Source: Podarcis liolepis (taxonomy: Eukaryota). From it: DNA of 64,000 nucleotides. Location: assembly GCA_965112155.1 (NCBI GenBank), contig OZ218102.1, one strand, 5' to 3'. This document shows, one piece after another, positions 1 to 14,344 of this stretch (position 1 is its first letter; each line of letters begins with the position of its first letter). The translations under genes were made by a program, and so were the position numbers. The notes under the pieces were generated by a model, which had not been told where the DNA came from, made no database searches, and was given only the letters and a program-made list of their open reading frames with translations.

Positions 1-2149
1 GTGAGATCATAGAGAGTATCCCGCAAGGCCTCTTTAGTGGTGGCACACAACTTTAGTTTTCTTCCTGCAAGCCTCATGATTTTATTTATTTATTAAGACA
101 TCTCTAGTCTGCCTTTCACATCATTCACAGGGCAGTGAACACAGCTTTCAATTACGGCATTAGCATGAACATGACCACATATAAAATGCAGCTAAAACCC
201 AAATCAGAATTAAAATCAGTAACCAGCCTACTAGAAATTAAACATCCGCAAAAGTGTGGGAGGGTGATAAGTATGGTTTTTATAAGTGCCAAAAAGCCAT
301 TAATATTGCTGCTTTTCTAAGCTTACCAGTAATTCTTTCAGTACTTATATACTTAAAAGGTATGGAATACTACATGAATTTGCAGCAGATCCCCAGCAGA
401 TAATGCAACTTTTGCAACCACTTCCAGCCAAGAAGAGGACTTATGGGGCCTCCTGTGTAGAAGTGAGTCTTCCTTGCCACTCATCCCTTAACATCTCCCT
501 CAACCTAATACATTCTTTCTTTGGGGACATTAGGGGCAAATAGTAGAGAAAAGTGACACTAAGCAACAGGGATTTTTGAATGTATCTGTCAAATGCTTGA
601 AAAACTCCTCAAGGTTTTCCACTGCTCAGCAGGAACACTAGAAAAAGACCAATTGCTTTTTGGGGCATAGCCATATTTCTTTCTGTTCTTTGCTCATATG
701 CTGCCCTCATTGAGAGGTTTCTTTAAATTTTATTTCACCACTTCCATCACCTTTTTGTTTTGTTTTTTAAAAAAGTTTGAATGGGGGAAAGTTATTGAGT
801 GGATGTGAGCATTGTACATCACAGTACACATCCCCAATCCTATTGTGCACAGCCATCACTAATATTAATGATAATAATTTATTATTTATACCCCGCCCAT
901 CTGGCTGGGTTTCCCCAGCCTCTCTGGGCAGGCAACACACACACACAAATTCTAGCTGTGCTGATGCTCAACGCACTCAGCATTCAGTGAGCATTCTCAG
1001 TCGTCATCAGGCTGTCTTGTCTTAGTTTCAGTTTTTAATATACAAACGTAATATTTTTCTGGGGAATTTCCCTATGCCATAACCCCTCCCTTGTTTGTGA
1101 GTAGCCTACTGATAGGCGTGAGACCTTCAAGTTAATACATATATATATAAATTCAAAATATTTGAAATACTGCTGTGTCTAGTTGGTGGCTGGCCTATTT
1201 GTTCCATGTCTTTCTTCCAGGAATGAACATCCACCTCCAACACACATACACTTACCTCTTGAGGCGAAATATGTGTAGTTCTTCTGAGTGACCACAAGAG
1301 AGCAATAGGAAACAAAAACTGAGGTTGCACAGCTCAAATTCCCTTTGAGTATTGTGCTTAATCCTCTTGAGAAGAAAAAGTAAAACATGGGACAAGCTGG
1401 CAAGAAAGGACATCCTCCTTTAAACGGGGATGGTTTGCCTTAAATCACATTCAGGCAAGGAAAACAACCCCTTACTGATAAAATCCTACAGTCAGTTGGG
1501 ATTCTGGTTTTCCCATTACACAAGTATCTTTATTTCTCTGTTTATTTTTAGTAATTATTTTCCGATGGAAGAGACGGAGAAAGATGGAGAGAGTGATTAA
1601 TTATACAAATAATGGTTGGCTCTGTGTGTTAACAGGCATAAAATATTGCCCTACGGAGCAAAAATAAGGAACTTTGTTCAAGACCTTTGACTTAATGTCA
1701 AAGGCTGTTTAATGAGGGTTTGTGGAGGAAGGGGATGCTGTATTGCCGCAGTTTCATTCCCAAGGGGCAGGGCACGCCATGTGAACTGGGGCAGTCATGG
1801 AAATTGCAAGCCTCCTTGGGGTTTTTTCTTCTTCACAAATATTCTCTACCGATTCCTTGGCAAACCACAGAAATGGCCATATGCTACTACTCTTCATCAC
1901 TTCTGGATAAATTGTCATTAACTTTTGCTATGTTATTTTAAGCCTAAATTTATTTAGAATGGACATGATTCTGTTAAAAGAAGAAACAGATTTTGTAAGA
2001 AGCTTAGGGGGCTAGAAATGGAAAATTAGGAGTTCAGCATGAAAAAGGGAAACGTTCCATATATACCATCATGAACTACTGCTGCTTCTCTTGCTTGCTT
2101 GCTGGCTTTCATGAATCATTTCCTATGAAGCCTCTTCAAGCAATTTTTC

Positions 2150-2722
2150 AATACAATAAAAACACATAAAACAATTGCAAATGTAAAGACTATTAGATGT
2201 ATAAAAACAATTTCAAATACAGTACAGATACAGACGGAGATAAAAAAAATCTCCACTTAGAAACTTGCGCTGAACAAGGGAAAGTTGTCAACAGGCACCA
2301 AAAAGACAATAGAGATGGAGCCTGTCTGACATGTATGTAATGGGAGGTGCCACCAAAGGGTAGGTGCCCAAAAGGCCCAATTCTGGCATCATAAAGAACA
2401 GGCCTCCTGGTAAAATATAGGTGCAAGATGTGCTCTCCTGCAGGCTACAGTGATTGGTTGAGTGTACAAGAGATGAGACTATCTTTTAGGTATCGCCCCA
2501 AGCTGTATAGCACTTTGTACATCAGTACTAACACCTTAGTTTGGTATCCAATTGGCAGCCATGCATAACGTGATGGTGATAGCCTACCCCAGTGAACAGT
2601 TGACGCTCTGTATTTTGTAGTTCCTGCAGCATCTAGATTTGCCTCAGGATCAGCCCTACATTGGGAGCATTGCAGCAATCCAATATGAAGGTTACCAGCA
2701 CATGGACAACAGTGCTTAGGAG
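2150..2722 (-). mobile_element. L2-type LINE 3' fragment (degenerate; bounds approximate)
   Basis: Minus-strand translation AWLPIGYQTKVLVLMYKVLYSLGRYLKDSL resembles the L2 ORF2 C-terminus (LHWLP...KVL.L.YKAL.G.GP.YL). Confidence 0.65.
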
Positions 2723-2729
2723 TCTTTGG

Positions 2730-3250
2730 TGAAGAAACTTGTTGAAAGCCTTTTGAAAATCCAAGTATGCTATGTTAACTGGATCACCTCTGTTCTATGT
2801 GCTTGCTGACACTCTGCAAAAACTAGTACTGTATGTTTGTGAGACAGGACTTGCCCCTGTAGAAGCTATGCTGGCTATGTTTCAGCAGGGCTTGTTCTTC
2901 TGTATGCTTGGTTATTTTATCTTTAAAAATAAATTCCATTAGTTTTCCCAGGACACACGTTAACCCAAGGGGCCTGCAGTTTCCAGGATCCTTTATCTCT
3001 TTTTAAAAAAAAATGTGTTACATTGACTGTTTTCCAAATCCTCAGGTACAGAGGCTGGTCTATACAAGCTACATATTTTTATGAGAAATTAAGCAATTTT
3101 ACATTTGAGTTCTTTTGAGAACTCTTGGGTGGGTGTCATCTGGTGATTTGCCAGTTTTTATTTTGTCTGTTAGGCCTAGAACTTCATCTCTCTTCACCAC
3201 TATCTGCCTCAGTTCCTCAGACTCTCTTCCTGCAAAAGTTAGTTCAGCAT
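2730..3250 (-). mobile_element. CR1 LINE reverse-transcriptase fragment (bounds approximate)
   Basis: Minus strand reads degenerate PGN.RP..LT.V.GKLME / SQH.F..GKSCLTN / GDPV..AYLDFQKAF motifs of CR1 RT. Confidence 0.8.
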
Positions 3251-6200
3251 TCCAAAACTGAGGTGTCACCATTAGGAAGACCTTTTCCTGGTCACTCCCT
3301 CATCAGTTCAAAGAAAGGTCTTTGAAGATGATCTCAGCCAATGAGCAGGTTCATATGGAAGCAGGTGGTCCTTTAGATACTTGAGTCTAAAGCCGTATAT
3401 GATCATTTGATTTTATTTGCTATCATAAGCTGTTGTCAGATATTTACTGGAGTAAAGTATTTTCTTAGTTTTTGAGTTTTGTTTTTGTGTTTTGTGTTTT
3501 CTCAGCCAGCCAATGGACCTGACTAAGTAAGTGTTTAGAGATATCTAGGGCAGGGGGAGTCATTCATATGTAAGTTCATTGGTTCAGCCAGGTCTTTCCC
3601 CTTGGAAAACACTGCCAAGCAGTGTTAAAAATACAGAAACCAACTCATAAAAGACAGGTCACATACTGAAAATACACATTCAAAGGCAGACGTTTGCTTA
3701 TGTGGTCCGCGGCTTTCATACTTCTAGTGATCATGTAAAAACCAAAAACAGGCCAGATGTGAGGAGGGTGATGGAAAAGTACACATGGCAAGCAAGAATC
3801 CCAAAGAAAGATACCCAAGCACTTAGCTTAAAGTGAGCTGGTTTTTAGATTTTATTTTTTAAAAAAATTAAAGTGAGCTGGAGTCCCCCCCCCCCATCTG
3901 ATCCATCAAGGCTCTTCTTATTGAACTTGGCTACATTGCTGGTATTACTCATATTTAGCAATAGTAAAAGGAACTGGTTACTTACAAACATTATAATGCA
4001 AGGCAGAAACCAGTGGAAAACATTATCAGATAACTATGTGCTGCAGATAAACAGGAGAGGGCAATGTCCTTTGTAACTTCCTTGGGAGCACTGAGGGGTA
4101 TATGTTGATGGTTTGTTTTTATTGTTTTTTGCCTGCCCCTCATAAACTGGCAGTACCAAAGAGACGCTACGTCCCTTACAGTTCAGCAGCTTGTAGCTCT
4201 GTTTGTAACAAAACTTTAAAAAATAATTTTTATTTACAATTATTGTTTGAATAAACTCTACTTTTAATATGCCAGACATGATTATTCTTTAGTAAACCAA
4301 ATTATACATAATGCGTTTTATGTTCCTAAAGTAGCAAAGTTAGTTTTAATATATTAAGAGTACTTTTTTTTTGAAGTGCTGACTATTTATTTTTTGCATT
4401 TTTTCCAAACATTTCCAATTTTTTTCTGGCAAACTCTGGGCAGAAAAGTCCCCCTCCCCAATGGCTTCAAGATTTCCATATATATACAAGTATATATCCA
4501 TTCTTGAGCCCTACTACACTTTGGGGGGGGTTAGTTTTGTATGTTTGTAATAACTGAAAAATTCAACAAAATGGAAGCTGAATTTTTCAGAATGCTAAAT
4601 TCTGCACATGAAAGCCAGGTTCTTTGCTTGTGTAGTGCGATCATGGACTTGCTAAATATGCAGAGCTCTGGCTGTACAATCCAGCCAGGTGAACCTGCCC
4701 TAGGATTTGGCTGGAGCTAAAGTGATCTTCTTCAAACAAACAATATAGAAAACCTGTTTTCATGAAATGTTTTCTCACATATAAAGCCCAAAGAGTCAGC
4801 TTAGAAGTGATCTCATCTCCAAAGAATGCTGTCACTGGTTATCAGATAAAAGACTGTACAATGAATATTGAAATAGTTGGCTTTATTTGCCTAGACACAG
4901 CCTAGAATGGTGGGGAGGCCTTGAATTAGAAGTCTTGTCCCCTATTCCCATTGACTTTCAGTGAAAGGTGAGCATCAAAAAGCCCTTTGCGTATACACTT
5001 TGTGTATGGAAACCTTAGGAACTGGTTCTCAAGGCCTCTCAATTCCAAGACTTTCCAATGCAATAAAAGTCATTTTAGAAACAATAAACAAATTAAACAC
5101 CCTTATGGCCCCCCGGGTGCTTTTGTTTTAGGCGCCCCACTGCTGAGACACTCTGTCTCCAGGAATGTGAGCAGTTTCCTATCATTTGACTTGAAGATGA
5201 AACAAAAGTCCCCAACATTTGCTTGGCCGAAATCAAGAGGCGATTTCAAGTACCAAAAGTGAATTGTACACAGCTTTAATACCACAAGATCTGATGTTCC
5301 TAATAACAAAGTATATACTGGGTGGGTGGGGTGCTGCTTTCTCAAAGAACAAAGAAAGTAGTTTTTGGTGAAGCAGCTCTATGTCATATATGATCATGTG
5401 GCAGTTATTGGCTTTTGCAGACATAGAGTTCAGATATTCTCACAGAGCCTTTGGATGAGATGAAATAATTCTGAACGACTCAGTCTATTCTGATTCAATT
5501 GAAACAATAATCCATCCGCTATATTGTTCACCTTTGCAACTTTTTCCTGCAGAACGGGAAGGGAATTCCAGGAATACACATCTGTGGGATTTCCTGCGTT
5601 GATACTCTGTTGAGAGGCTGGGTGGTATTATGGGGGAGGGAAGGGAATTCTCCTGCCTTTCAGCCTCCTGATGAGCATTCTCACAAGGTAGGAATCTATC
5701 CCATCCCAATCCAGAATCTGAATATTTAATTAAAGAAGGCTAATTTTGAGCCAGACTCCTGTTATCAGCCACTCTGAAAGGTCTCCCATTAGTTATAGGA
5801 AATAAAACTTTGTTCAGGCCAGAGACATGACTGTCACTGTTAGTCACACTTTCTGAGTCCTAGGTTCCACTTTGGTTGAGCTGGATATAAGGACCTTTCC
5901 AAGAAAGTGAAATCATCTCAGTAGTGTAATCTTGAACATCCATTTTGACAATAAATAGCATAAACGCCCCAGCTACTGGTGCATAGTGATCTACTCCCTC
6001 TGTATACGGAGGGTCCTTGTAGTCACTGATGATCCTCCATGAATTCATGTATAATCCCAAATGCCTTTTTCGGTTCTGAAGCTCTCAAAGAACAGGGTGG
6101 ATGGGATGAATAGGGTCCTTCCTGGACTGGTGCTGAACAGAGCCTATAGCTTTAAAGTAAGTGAATATGAGGGAGTGGAATTGGAAAGGCCTGAGCTACA

Positions 6201-8227
6201 CAGGACCAGGGAGCATGTTCAAAGTTACAAAGCGGGATAGACATAAATTCCTTTGAATCCACTTGCATTGGTCTCGGTGGATTTCATTCCAGTTTGGCTC
6301 TAAAATTTTATTCAAATTACTGTTTGAGCAGGACCAGCAATTGTGCCTGTACCTTTTTATTATACAAGCCAAAGGGCAGGAAAAAACTATATTTTTTAAT
6401 GTGCAAAGTATATGTAAATGTATTCAGCTGGCAGAGCTCAAATGTTACGATCTACACCAGATGCCAAAAATAAGGTGCTTTGAAGGTCTTTGAAAGAGTC
6501 AAGTGATTGGGGAGGAGGTGGGCTTAATTCCTAAGTGAAATATTTTATACTTTGGAGTTCCTGCATAATGGGGTCTCTATTTCTTTAAACAAGCTTCAGT
6601 TCATTACAGAGCTCTAACGAGGGCAACGTCCCAATGCCCTAGAGAGAGAACAAAGTTGATCGCCTGACAGTTGAGTCAAAATTCCCCCCAAAAATTATTA
6701 GTCCATTCCACGTGTTTGATCATCTTTAAGTGTTTTCAGAAGTTGGAATTTTCCTCTTCTGATGTTCTTCTGAACTCAGTACATTGTGTTTATATCGACT
6801 GTAAACAGATCTTTGGCAAATCTATAAAATTAATGCTTCGGCACAGCCAAACAAAAATAATCACTGCAACTGGGATTGTAGGCGAAACAGAGATAGGATT
6901 GCAAGCTCCAGGCATAAGCCATATTTGGGAGATGGCAGCTGACAGTCAGGCTTGCTAAAGACACTTTCTGGATCTGCTTTAAAAAGTGCATATTAACGGC
7001 TGTAAAAATAAACACCAAGATTAAGAGCCTGTAGCAAAAAGGAGTATTTCATTTCATTTTGCCACTCATGACACATTTATTTTACTCACCATAGTTGATT
7101 CTGTAACACAATTCAACGTTTCGTTTTGGAGCTAATGATTTTTTCAGCATCTTTTGCTTACACTATTATATAATGCAGTTTTAAGGCTGTGTTTGCTTTT
7201 AAAACAATGGTGACCTAGAAAAAAATATTTCAATGTGTTGTTTAATCTTCAGGGCTGCTTTTGTGTATTCTGAAAGCGGGGTTAAGATATTGGATATTTA
7301 GGCACAATTAAAGTGTGCCCTGCTTGCAGTAGCCTTACTTTCTTCAGATGTTGTTTAAAGTCCTAACCTAAGTATTTGCAGAAATGGAGTCTAAAAATAG
7401 GGATCCCATATATACAGGAGATGATGGCTATGGTTACTGACAATGTTTTCTATTAGATTTTTTTTATTTAAAAAATCCCACAAAATGCATATTTGCCTAC
7501 TTGGATTCTACAAGGCAGATTAACAATAAATAATACGTGTTTAACAGTCACTTAACTTCAGGGTTTCCCAAATAAATCACAGTAGGGAAAATTGAGCTGC
7601 TTTGCCACTCTGCCAGTGCCACTAACTGGCTTCAGCGTTTGTTGCAAGAGGCATGGAGAGAAGGCATCAGGATAAAACAAGGCAGCAATCCTCAGGATAT
7701 CCTAGAGAGGTAGAGCAATGCATAATAGATTTGAGAGGGCAACCTCTATTGCTGAATTTGGTGGTGTCATCGGATTATTGAAGTCTTGTTGACACATGTA
7801 GTAGAATAAAGTGGGAGTTATGTGTTGGTAGAATGGTTGAGTCTACAGTCAGATAATTGCATTTTTTAAAAAAGTTCCTTTAAATGAACTGGTGCAGAAA
7901 CTTTTTTCATTGATATCCTTTTCCAAAACCACAACAACATCATTCTACAGTTTTGTTTTTTAAAGAAGAAAACATAAACATTCTGTCCCCCACCCATTTA
8001 CAGTTTAAAGTCATACAGTTAATTCCAGTACTTCAGGTTTCTACCACCTAATTCTGCTGGAATATAGCCCACCTCTCAGTAATGATGTCAGGAAGATTCT
8101 AGGGTTCTGGAAATCTGGATCAGTGGTCCGCCTCTGAGCTCACACATCTCTCTCAAGAGCAAGTTCTTGAGAGAGTTTGCAGCAGAGGGAGGAAGGTTAA
8201 GAGATCCAGGGCTGCCATCTGCTCTCC

Positions 8228-8408
8228 ATTTGAAGATGACTGAGGAGTCTGTCTCTGCTTTTCCAGGCTTAAACACCCCCAACTTCCTTAACAGTTTCTC
8301 ATAAGGCTTGGTTTCTAGACCCTTGATCATCTTGGTCACCCTCCTCTGCACACATTCAAACTTGTCAATATCCTTCTTAAATTGTGGTGCCCAGAACTGG
8401 ACACAGAA
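8228..8408 (-). mobile_element. CR1 LINE ORF2 3' fragment
   Basis: CVQFWAPQFKKDIDKFECVQRRVTKMIKGLETKPYEKLLRKLGVF, the typical CR1 ORF2 C-terminus. Confidence 0.85.
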
Positions 8409-11400
8409 CTTGTAACTAACAACTGGTACTTAAGTTTCTTTCTTTCCTCCTTGGTTCCAATCCATTTTCCTTTTGTGTCATATCTTGCTTCAACTGAAAG
8501 CATAATGAGCAGGGGCTGTCTTACTTTTATTGATCTGGGCTGGGAGAGGAGCAGAGTAAAAATACTCTACTACTATTTTCGCCACTATTGTTACCATTAC
8601 TATTATTGTTATTGAATTAATGATGATGATGATGATGATAGAAAGTCTTCAGCTGCTTACCAATTTAGTGAGCAATCAATAAATGCTGTACAATGGAGAT
8701 TTGGATTACCATTAATTATAAGATGAGGAAAAGATGGCTAAGTCAAATGATCCAATTGCTACAAGACAGTACAGGTTTGGGAAGATACTATAATTATCTC
8801 TATTGCTGTGCAAAAGCATCCCTCAGAATCCTTGTTTTTAACTGTGCATTTTAACTCCTTCTTAAATTCATGTGCTCTAGTTCCTATGTGAACTACAGGA
8901 TTTTAAAGAAAATCAAATTGCATAAAGATATATTTGTCTCAACATTTGCCTGAAACTCTGAATAGTGCAGTGTCATGTTTTTTGCTGGAGAAGCAAAAAG
9001 CTAAAGAGCCGTGAACATTTCTCAGGGCAGGCAAACAGACACTTGATTCCCATAATGATTTTAAATGATACTTTTGTGTCAACTTTTTCCCAACCCAATA
9101 CCTCATTTCCTTTTATATGTACCAGCAGTTGAGATGCATAGATTTTAAGGGTATACCGATTGTTGACTAACAATATGCAGTTTATTTAAAAAATCAAAAC
9201 AGAGAAACAATTTGTTTGTGCTGAGATATATTTAGAGAGCATTCTTATTGTTCAGGGTCTTATGGAACATTTTGGAACAATAATCAGAAGCGTGCCATTG
9301 GGGTATTGTTAGCTGAGCACTTTTCTATTGAATTTTCAAGATGTTGTAAAATGAGATTATGTGAGTAGCACCTCTGGACACTTTTTCCCATCATTGTGTT
9401 GGTATCAATCGCTGACTTCCACTGTTTCTCCTGGTATTAAATAGAAATGTTGTTTCCCACTGCTCTGATTGGATTATTTATAATGCATGACATAACTGAT
9501 AACCCTTAGGAGACTAGGCATTGTAGGCCTCTCTGAGAAATCTGGACAACAGGGCTCTTTGGCCCGAGAGGCACAGTTTGAGAGGATTTATTGAAATAAA
9601 TCTTTCTGCTCAAAAGTCATGATGAAGCAGGCTGAAATGTCCTTATTTATGAAGCTCCGTTTGTGTGGTAGGCAGGAAAATGAGGGGCAGCACTTTTTCA
9701 TATCCTTTTTTTTTTTTTTCCTTTTTTGGTGGGGAAATTGATAGATGATTCTTTCTCAGCCAACAAGACTTGTTTGGCTTTCTTCCTAATCTCCTCCCTT
9801 TTGGCAAAGCTGGATTAAAGTTGGATCTCACGTTCTGTGAAGACCTTAGATATTTTCCTCTGATAGACGGTAGGTGAAAAATGTTATTGCCTGAAAGTAA
9901 TAGTGATGTGAGGAGGCCAGATTCTGATCTGACATGTGCAGAACACAAACAATAGGTACATTTCAGCTTAATTCAGTGTTATCTGAAATGCCAGAGTCTA
10001 GGGTATGTGAAGGCCAATGGCGGGTGTTTCTTTGTGCTGACTCTAGGAGGCGTGAGACAGGATGAACTTTCCTGTTCTTGACCTAACTGGTACAGCATAC
10101 TGTATATTTAAAAAAAGAAGCCCTGTTGGCATTTTGCCATTTGATACACATTCACTTACCCCTCTGCCATCCCCTGGCTTGGCCTGATCTTGCGTAGAGT
10201 CCAATATATTTCTGTCTCTTTCTTTTTAATCCTAGGGCATTAATGTGTCTGGCAGGATGAATGTAACCTCTTTACAAAAAAGTATGCATGCACCATATTG
10301 GGAAAGGCAGAGTACATGCAAGATTTTCAAAAAACCTAAACCTAATAGGCTTTGGGAAGTATTTAAAACCCATTCTATCTATGCCTGCTTCTTTGGGTTG
10401 GGTTTAAGCCAGTGATCAAGAAGCTAAATTGAGGGGTTCCTGGTTTGAATCTCACCCTAGCCACATATTCTAGCCTTGGGCTCTTCTTTCAGCCTCTACT
10501 GTATCTGCAGAATCCATCCCTTTCCTCATTGTAGGGTGTCCTGTAATGATAGAGGCAAATGGAAAGGTCATATTGGATAGGAAAAAGCCCCTGCAATGCC
10601 AATAGAACTCTCTTACCCTAGCTCCAAGATTTGAAGGAGTTATATTTGTTGCATGTGTTCAGGTTAGAGTTTGTGCGTGCCCACGGGTCTGTGTGTGTCT
10701 GTCAGAGACTGTGTATAAATGTATGCATGGGTAAGGGTTGTGAATATGTTTGAGGGAGGTGGAAGATGTAACTCAGCATTTGCCTAATTCTTCCTTTCAC
10801 TGGCTATTCTGCTGATAGAGTTAACTTTAGGTCACTTTTAACATTGGGATGGTGCTTATTAAGGAAAACCTGTTCTTTTATCTCCCATCAACTATTGGGC
10901 TACACAAGTCTTTAAAGAGAGAGGGTTCTCTCTTCACTGGGCAAAACAGAATGGGGCGGCCCATTATACTATTGTTGTCTCATATTCAGTTGGATATCTG
11001 CAATGACTCCTACATCACAAGTACATAAAAACTGTCTTCAGAGATCAGACCAAGCTCCATCTCTGGTCTAGCATTCTCTTTCCAGCAGCCAACAAATTGC
11101 CTCTTAGCGTGAAGGTTGCTTGAGGAATTTGTTCTTTGAAAAAGACAATATAGGATTGGAACCTAGTTATGCTCCAGATTTCACACTTCTCCAAATGTTG
11201 CCTTGCAACATTTTTGGCTGCAAATTCTTGGCTCCAAAAATGGAGCAAAATACATTTTAAAATGCTTATTTTAAAATTAATACATTTGGAAATGTGTGTT
11301 TTCAGGGGAAAATATGTTCAAAAATGTATTTAAATTACATTTTGTGTGGATGATGATGATTATAATGCAGAAATGGAATAAAATAGACCTATGAATGAAC

Positions 11401-11707
11401 AATTGTGAAAGTGACATAGATTGGGCATAGACTGAATTTTCCTATTGTTTTCCAAACACTAACTAACCAATGGTCATCACCACATCCTGAACCTACCAAC
11501 AACTTTATTAGAGGGTCCTGCAAGAACAAGAAACATTTCTCTTTCTACCCCAATCATAATTGTATAAAGCTCTATTGTTGTCATTTCCACCACCACCACC
11601 CTGCCCACTTAGTAATCTTCTTTAAACTTCAAAGTGCTCCTTAAGATTCGGCTGCTTGGGAATGATACTGCCTACCAATAACGACCGGTACTTGCTACAG
11701 TCTAACA

Positions 11708-12032
11708 CAGGGATCAGCAAACTTTTTCAGCAGGGGGCTGGTCCACTGTCCCTCAGACCTTGGGGGGAGCTGGACTATATTTTTTTGGGGGGGGGATGAA
11801 CGAATTCCTATGCCCCACAAATAACCCAGAGATGCATTTTAAATAAAAGCACACATTCTACTCATGTAAAAACACCAGGCAGGTCCCGCAAATAACCCAG
11901 AGATGCATTTTAAATAAAAGGACACATTCTGCTCAAGTAAAAAAATACGTTGATTCCCAGTCTGTTTGTGGGCCGGATTTAGAAGGCAATTGGGCTGGAT
12001 CCGGCCCCTGGGCCTTAGTTTGCCTACCCATG
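11708..12032. mobile_element. hAT (Charlie-like) MITE with internal ~57-bp duplication
   Basis: Ends CAGGGATCAGCAAAC / GTTTGCCTACCCATG. Perfect 8-bp TSD GTCTAACA (11700-11707, 12033-12040). Confidence 0.85.
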
Positions 12033-13479
12033 GTCTAACAGGTTTGCTCCCTGCCCCCTCCAGTTATTTGGAGGAGTATCTTCTGATCAGACCTCCTGTA
12101 ATGAGTCTCTGTAATGGAAGAAACCAGTCCCCTGTCATTCTCCCCTCCCAGCTCTGGCAAAGCAAAACATGTGCCAAGAGATTTCAGAAGCTGGAAGGTT
12201 GCCCATGTCCTTCCCTAGAACAAAGACAGGCACTTCATCTCTCACATGCAAAGCTTTACAAGGGGCACAGTTTTGCAAATGGCTGCATTATGCTGCTACA
12301 TACCGCCCAACAATTAGCGTACCTCTCTGTGAGTTCAAATTGGGCCTGACATGTGCCTGTTTGAAGAGGTTCCCCAGGAATTAAAGAGCTACTTCCATCA
12401 GTTGACTTGGCTGGCCATAAGAAACTTGACACGCTGTTGAGAATTTTCTGCACTTAACCATGAAATATATCTGCCACAGGTATCAAGTGGGCTTTTGTGT
12501 GGGGTTTTTTGGTGCTGTAATCAGATTACAAATTGAACATTTCCATATGTGCATGCTGGCAGGTCTATCGCCAGCTATCTAATCTTTAGCTGCCCTCAAG
12601 TGCTAGTTTTGGGGAGGGGGGAATGACATGGAGTAACAGAGATATTAATACAGTTTCTGCTTGTGTGAACATATGTTAATGAACTGAGAGTTGGGACTCA
12701 AAAGAAACAGCTGTTAAGAATTTTTCAGCATTCTTAGAAAATCAGTGTCATAATTACTGATAATTTAGCAGAATGACCATTCCCAGCCGTTCCCTCTGTT
12801 TCAGGAGCATGGGGATGGTGATGCATTTCACTGCTGATCATTCATTTCACTGAATTCATTTGCATTAAAAGCAGCCTGGAAAGTCTAAGGAATTTTTGCC
12901 ATGTCAGTCACACAGAATTTGATGTGAAATAAACAAAAGGCTGTTTCTACTCAAGAAGCAGAATGTTTTATCATGCAAAACATCCACTACAATTTAAAAA
13001 CCTTGATACCTTAACCTGGCAATCTGCTTTCTCCAGTGTGGTCCACTGCAATCACCTTCAGTCTTTTCAGACCCTGGAACCACGGTTTTATCACATCCAT
13101 ATTTTATGGTTTTCTTTTAAAATTGTATATGCTGTTCTTCAATATAAATATTTCCAGGACAGGGGAAAGGAAACAACAATAGCCAAAACAAATACATAAG
13201 CATAAAGCTATACAGCAATATGACACCGGGGAGGATGCAACGTAAAACAGACTCAGCAATATTAAAAGGCCCGGGAAAATACAACACTCTTTACCTGGCA
13301 TCAGAAAGACAACACAGGTGCCAGAATCCTCCCTGGAGACAACATTCCACAAATCTCAAATGGCAGAGGCACCTAGCAGATGACCTCAGTGCTCAGGCAG
13401 GTCCATGTTCCAGTACCCAGATTCTAAACCATTTACATCTTACAAAATGAGTGTCAACACTTTGAACTGTGCCGAGATT

Positions 13480-13980
13480 TCAGGGCTGATTATATATTTT
13501 CCTATCTCCTAGTCACAATTAGTAGCCTAATCTGCAGTTTTCCACAGTTTTCCAAGGCAGACTTATTACAATCTAATTTATAGATTATCAGAACATGGAT
13601 AGCTGTGGCCAGGTTAGCCCTGTCCAGGAGGGATCACAGCTGATCTACCAGTCCTCAGTTATTGAAAAAGTTATGTATCACAAATGCCACATGGGTTTCT
13701 AGTGACAAAGCTGGCTTAGCTTAGTCCCATATCAAGAATCTAATCCTTCAGGTCAAGTGCAGTCCTTTACAAAACAGGTTGAACACCACCTCCCTGGGGA
13801 GACCTACCAATGTTCCTTCATTTTAGCTGGATTGATCTTCAGTTTATTGACCTTCATCTAATCTGTTGCTGCTCCCAAACACCAATTCAGCACTCCCACT
13901 ACCTCATCTGAATTCCATATAAAAGAGAAATCTAGTTGGGTGTTATAAGCATGCTGGTGTTACCTTACTCCAGATACAGT
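13480..13980 (-). mobile_element. L2-type LINE fragment, old (bounds approximate)
   Basis: Degenerate minus-strand L2 ORF2-like segments (LATAIHVLI, near-YADDTQL region). Confidence 0.55.
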
Positions 13981-14344
13981 AGGCGAGGGACACCGTTTAT
14001 GGATTCAGAGGTTTCTATGCATGCATCCGTATTTGGAAGATGAATTGTGTGCATTTTTTTAAAAAGTTACAGTCTTAGCTGTTAGTTGTTTGGAAGTTGG
14101 AGAAGATTCAGTTCAATGTCCCCACCGAGCAGCTGCTCAGCTGAATTTTGGCTTTTAAAAACAGACGCTATGTGCAGGGAGCACATGCTCCATTTGATTG
14201 GGGTGTCTGAATTGTATAATTATTGTGTACTACAGCTGTTCTTTCAATATTGTACTTTTGGAGAGGGGATCATAATTTGGAACGCTATCTAATTAATATT
14301 AATAGAAAAGAAAGCAAGGGCACACACATAGAGTTAAATGTTAG

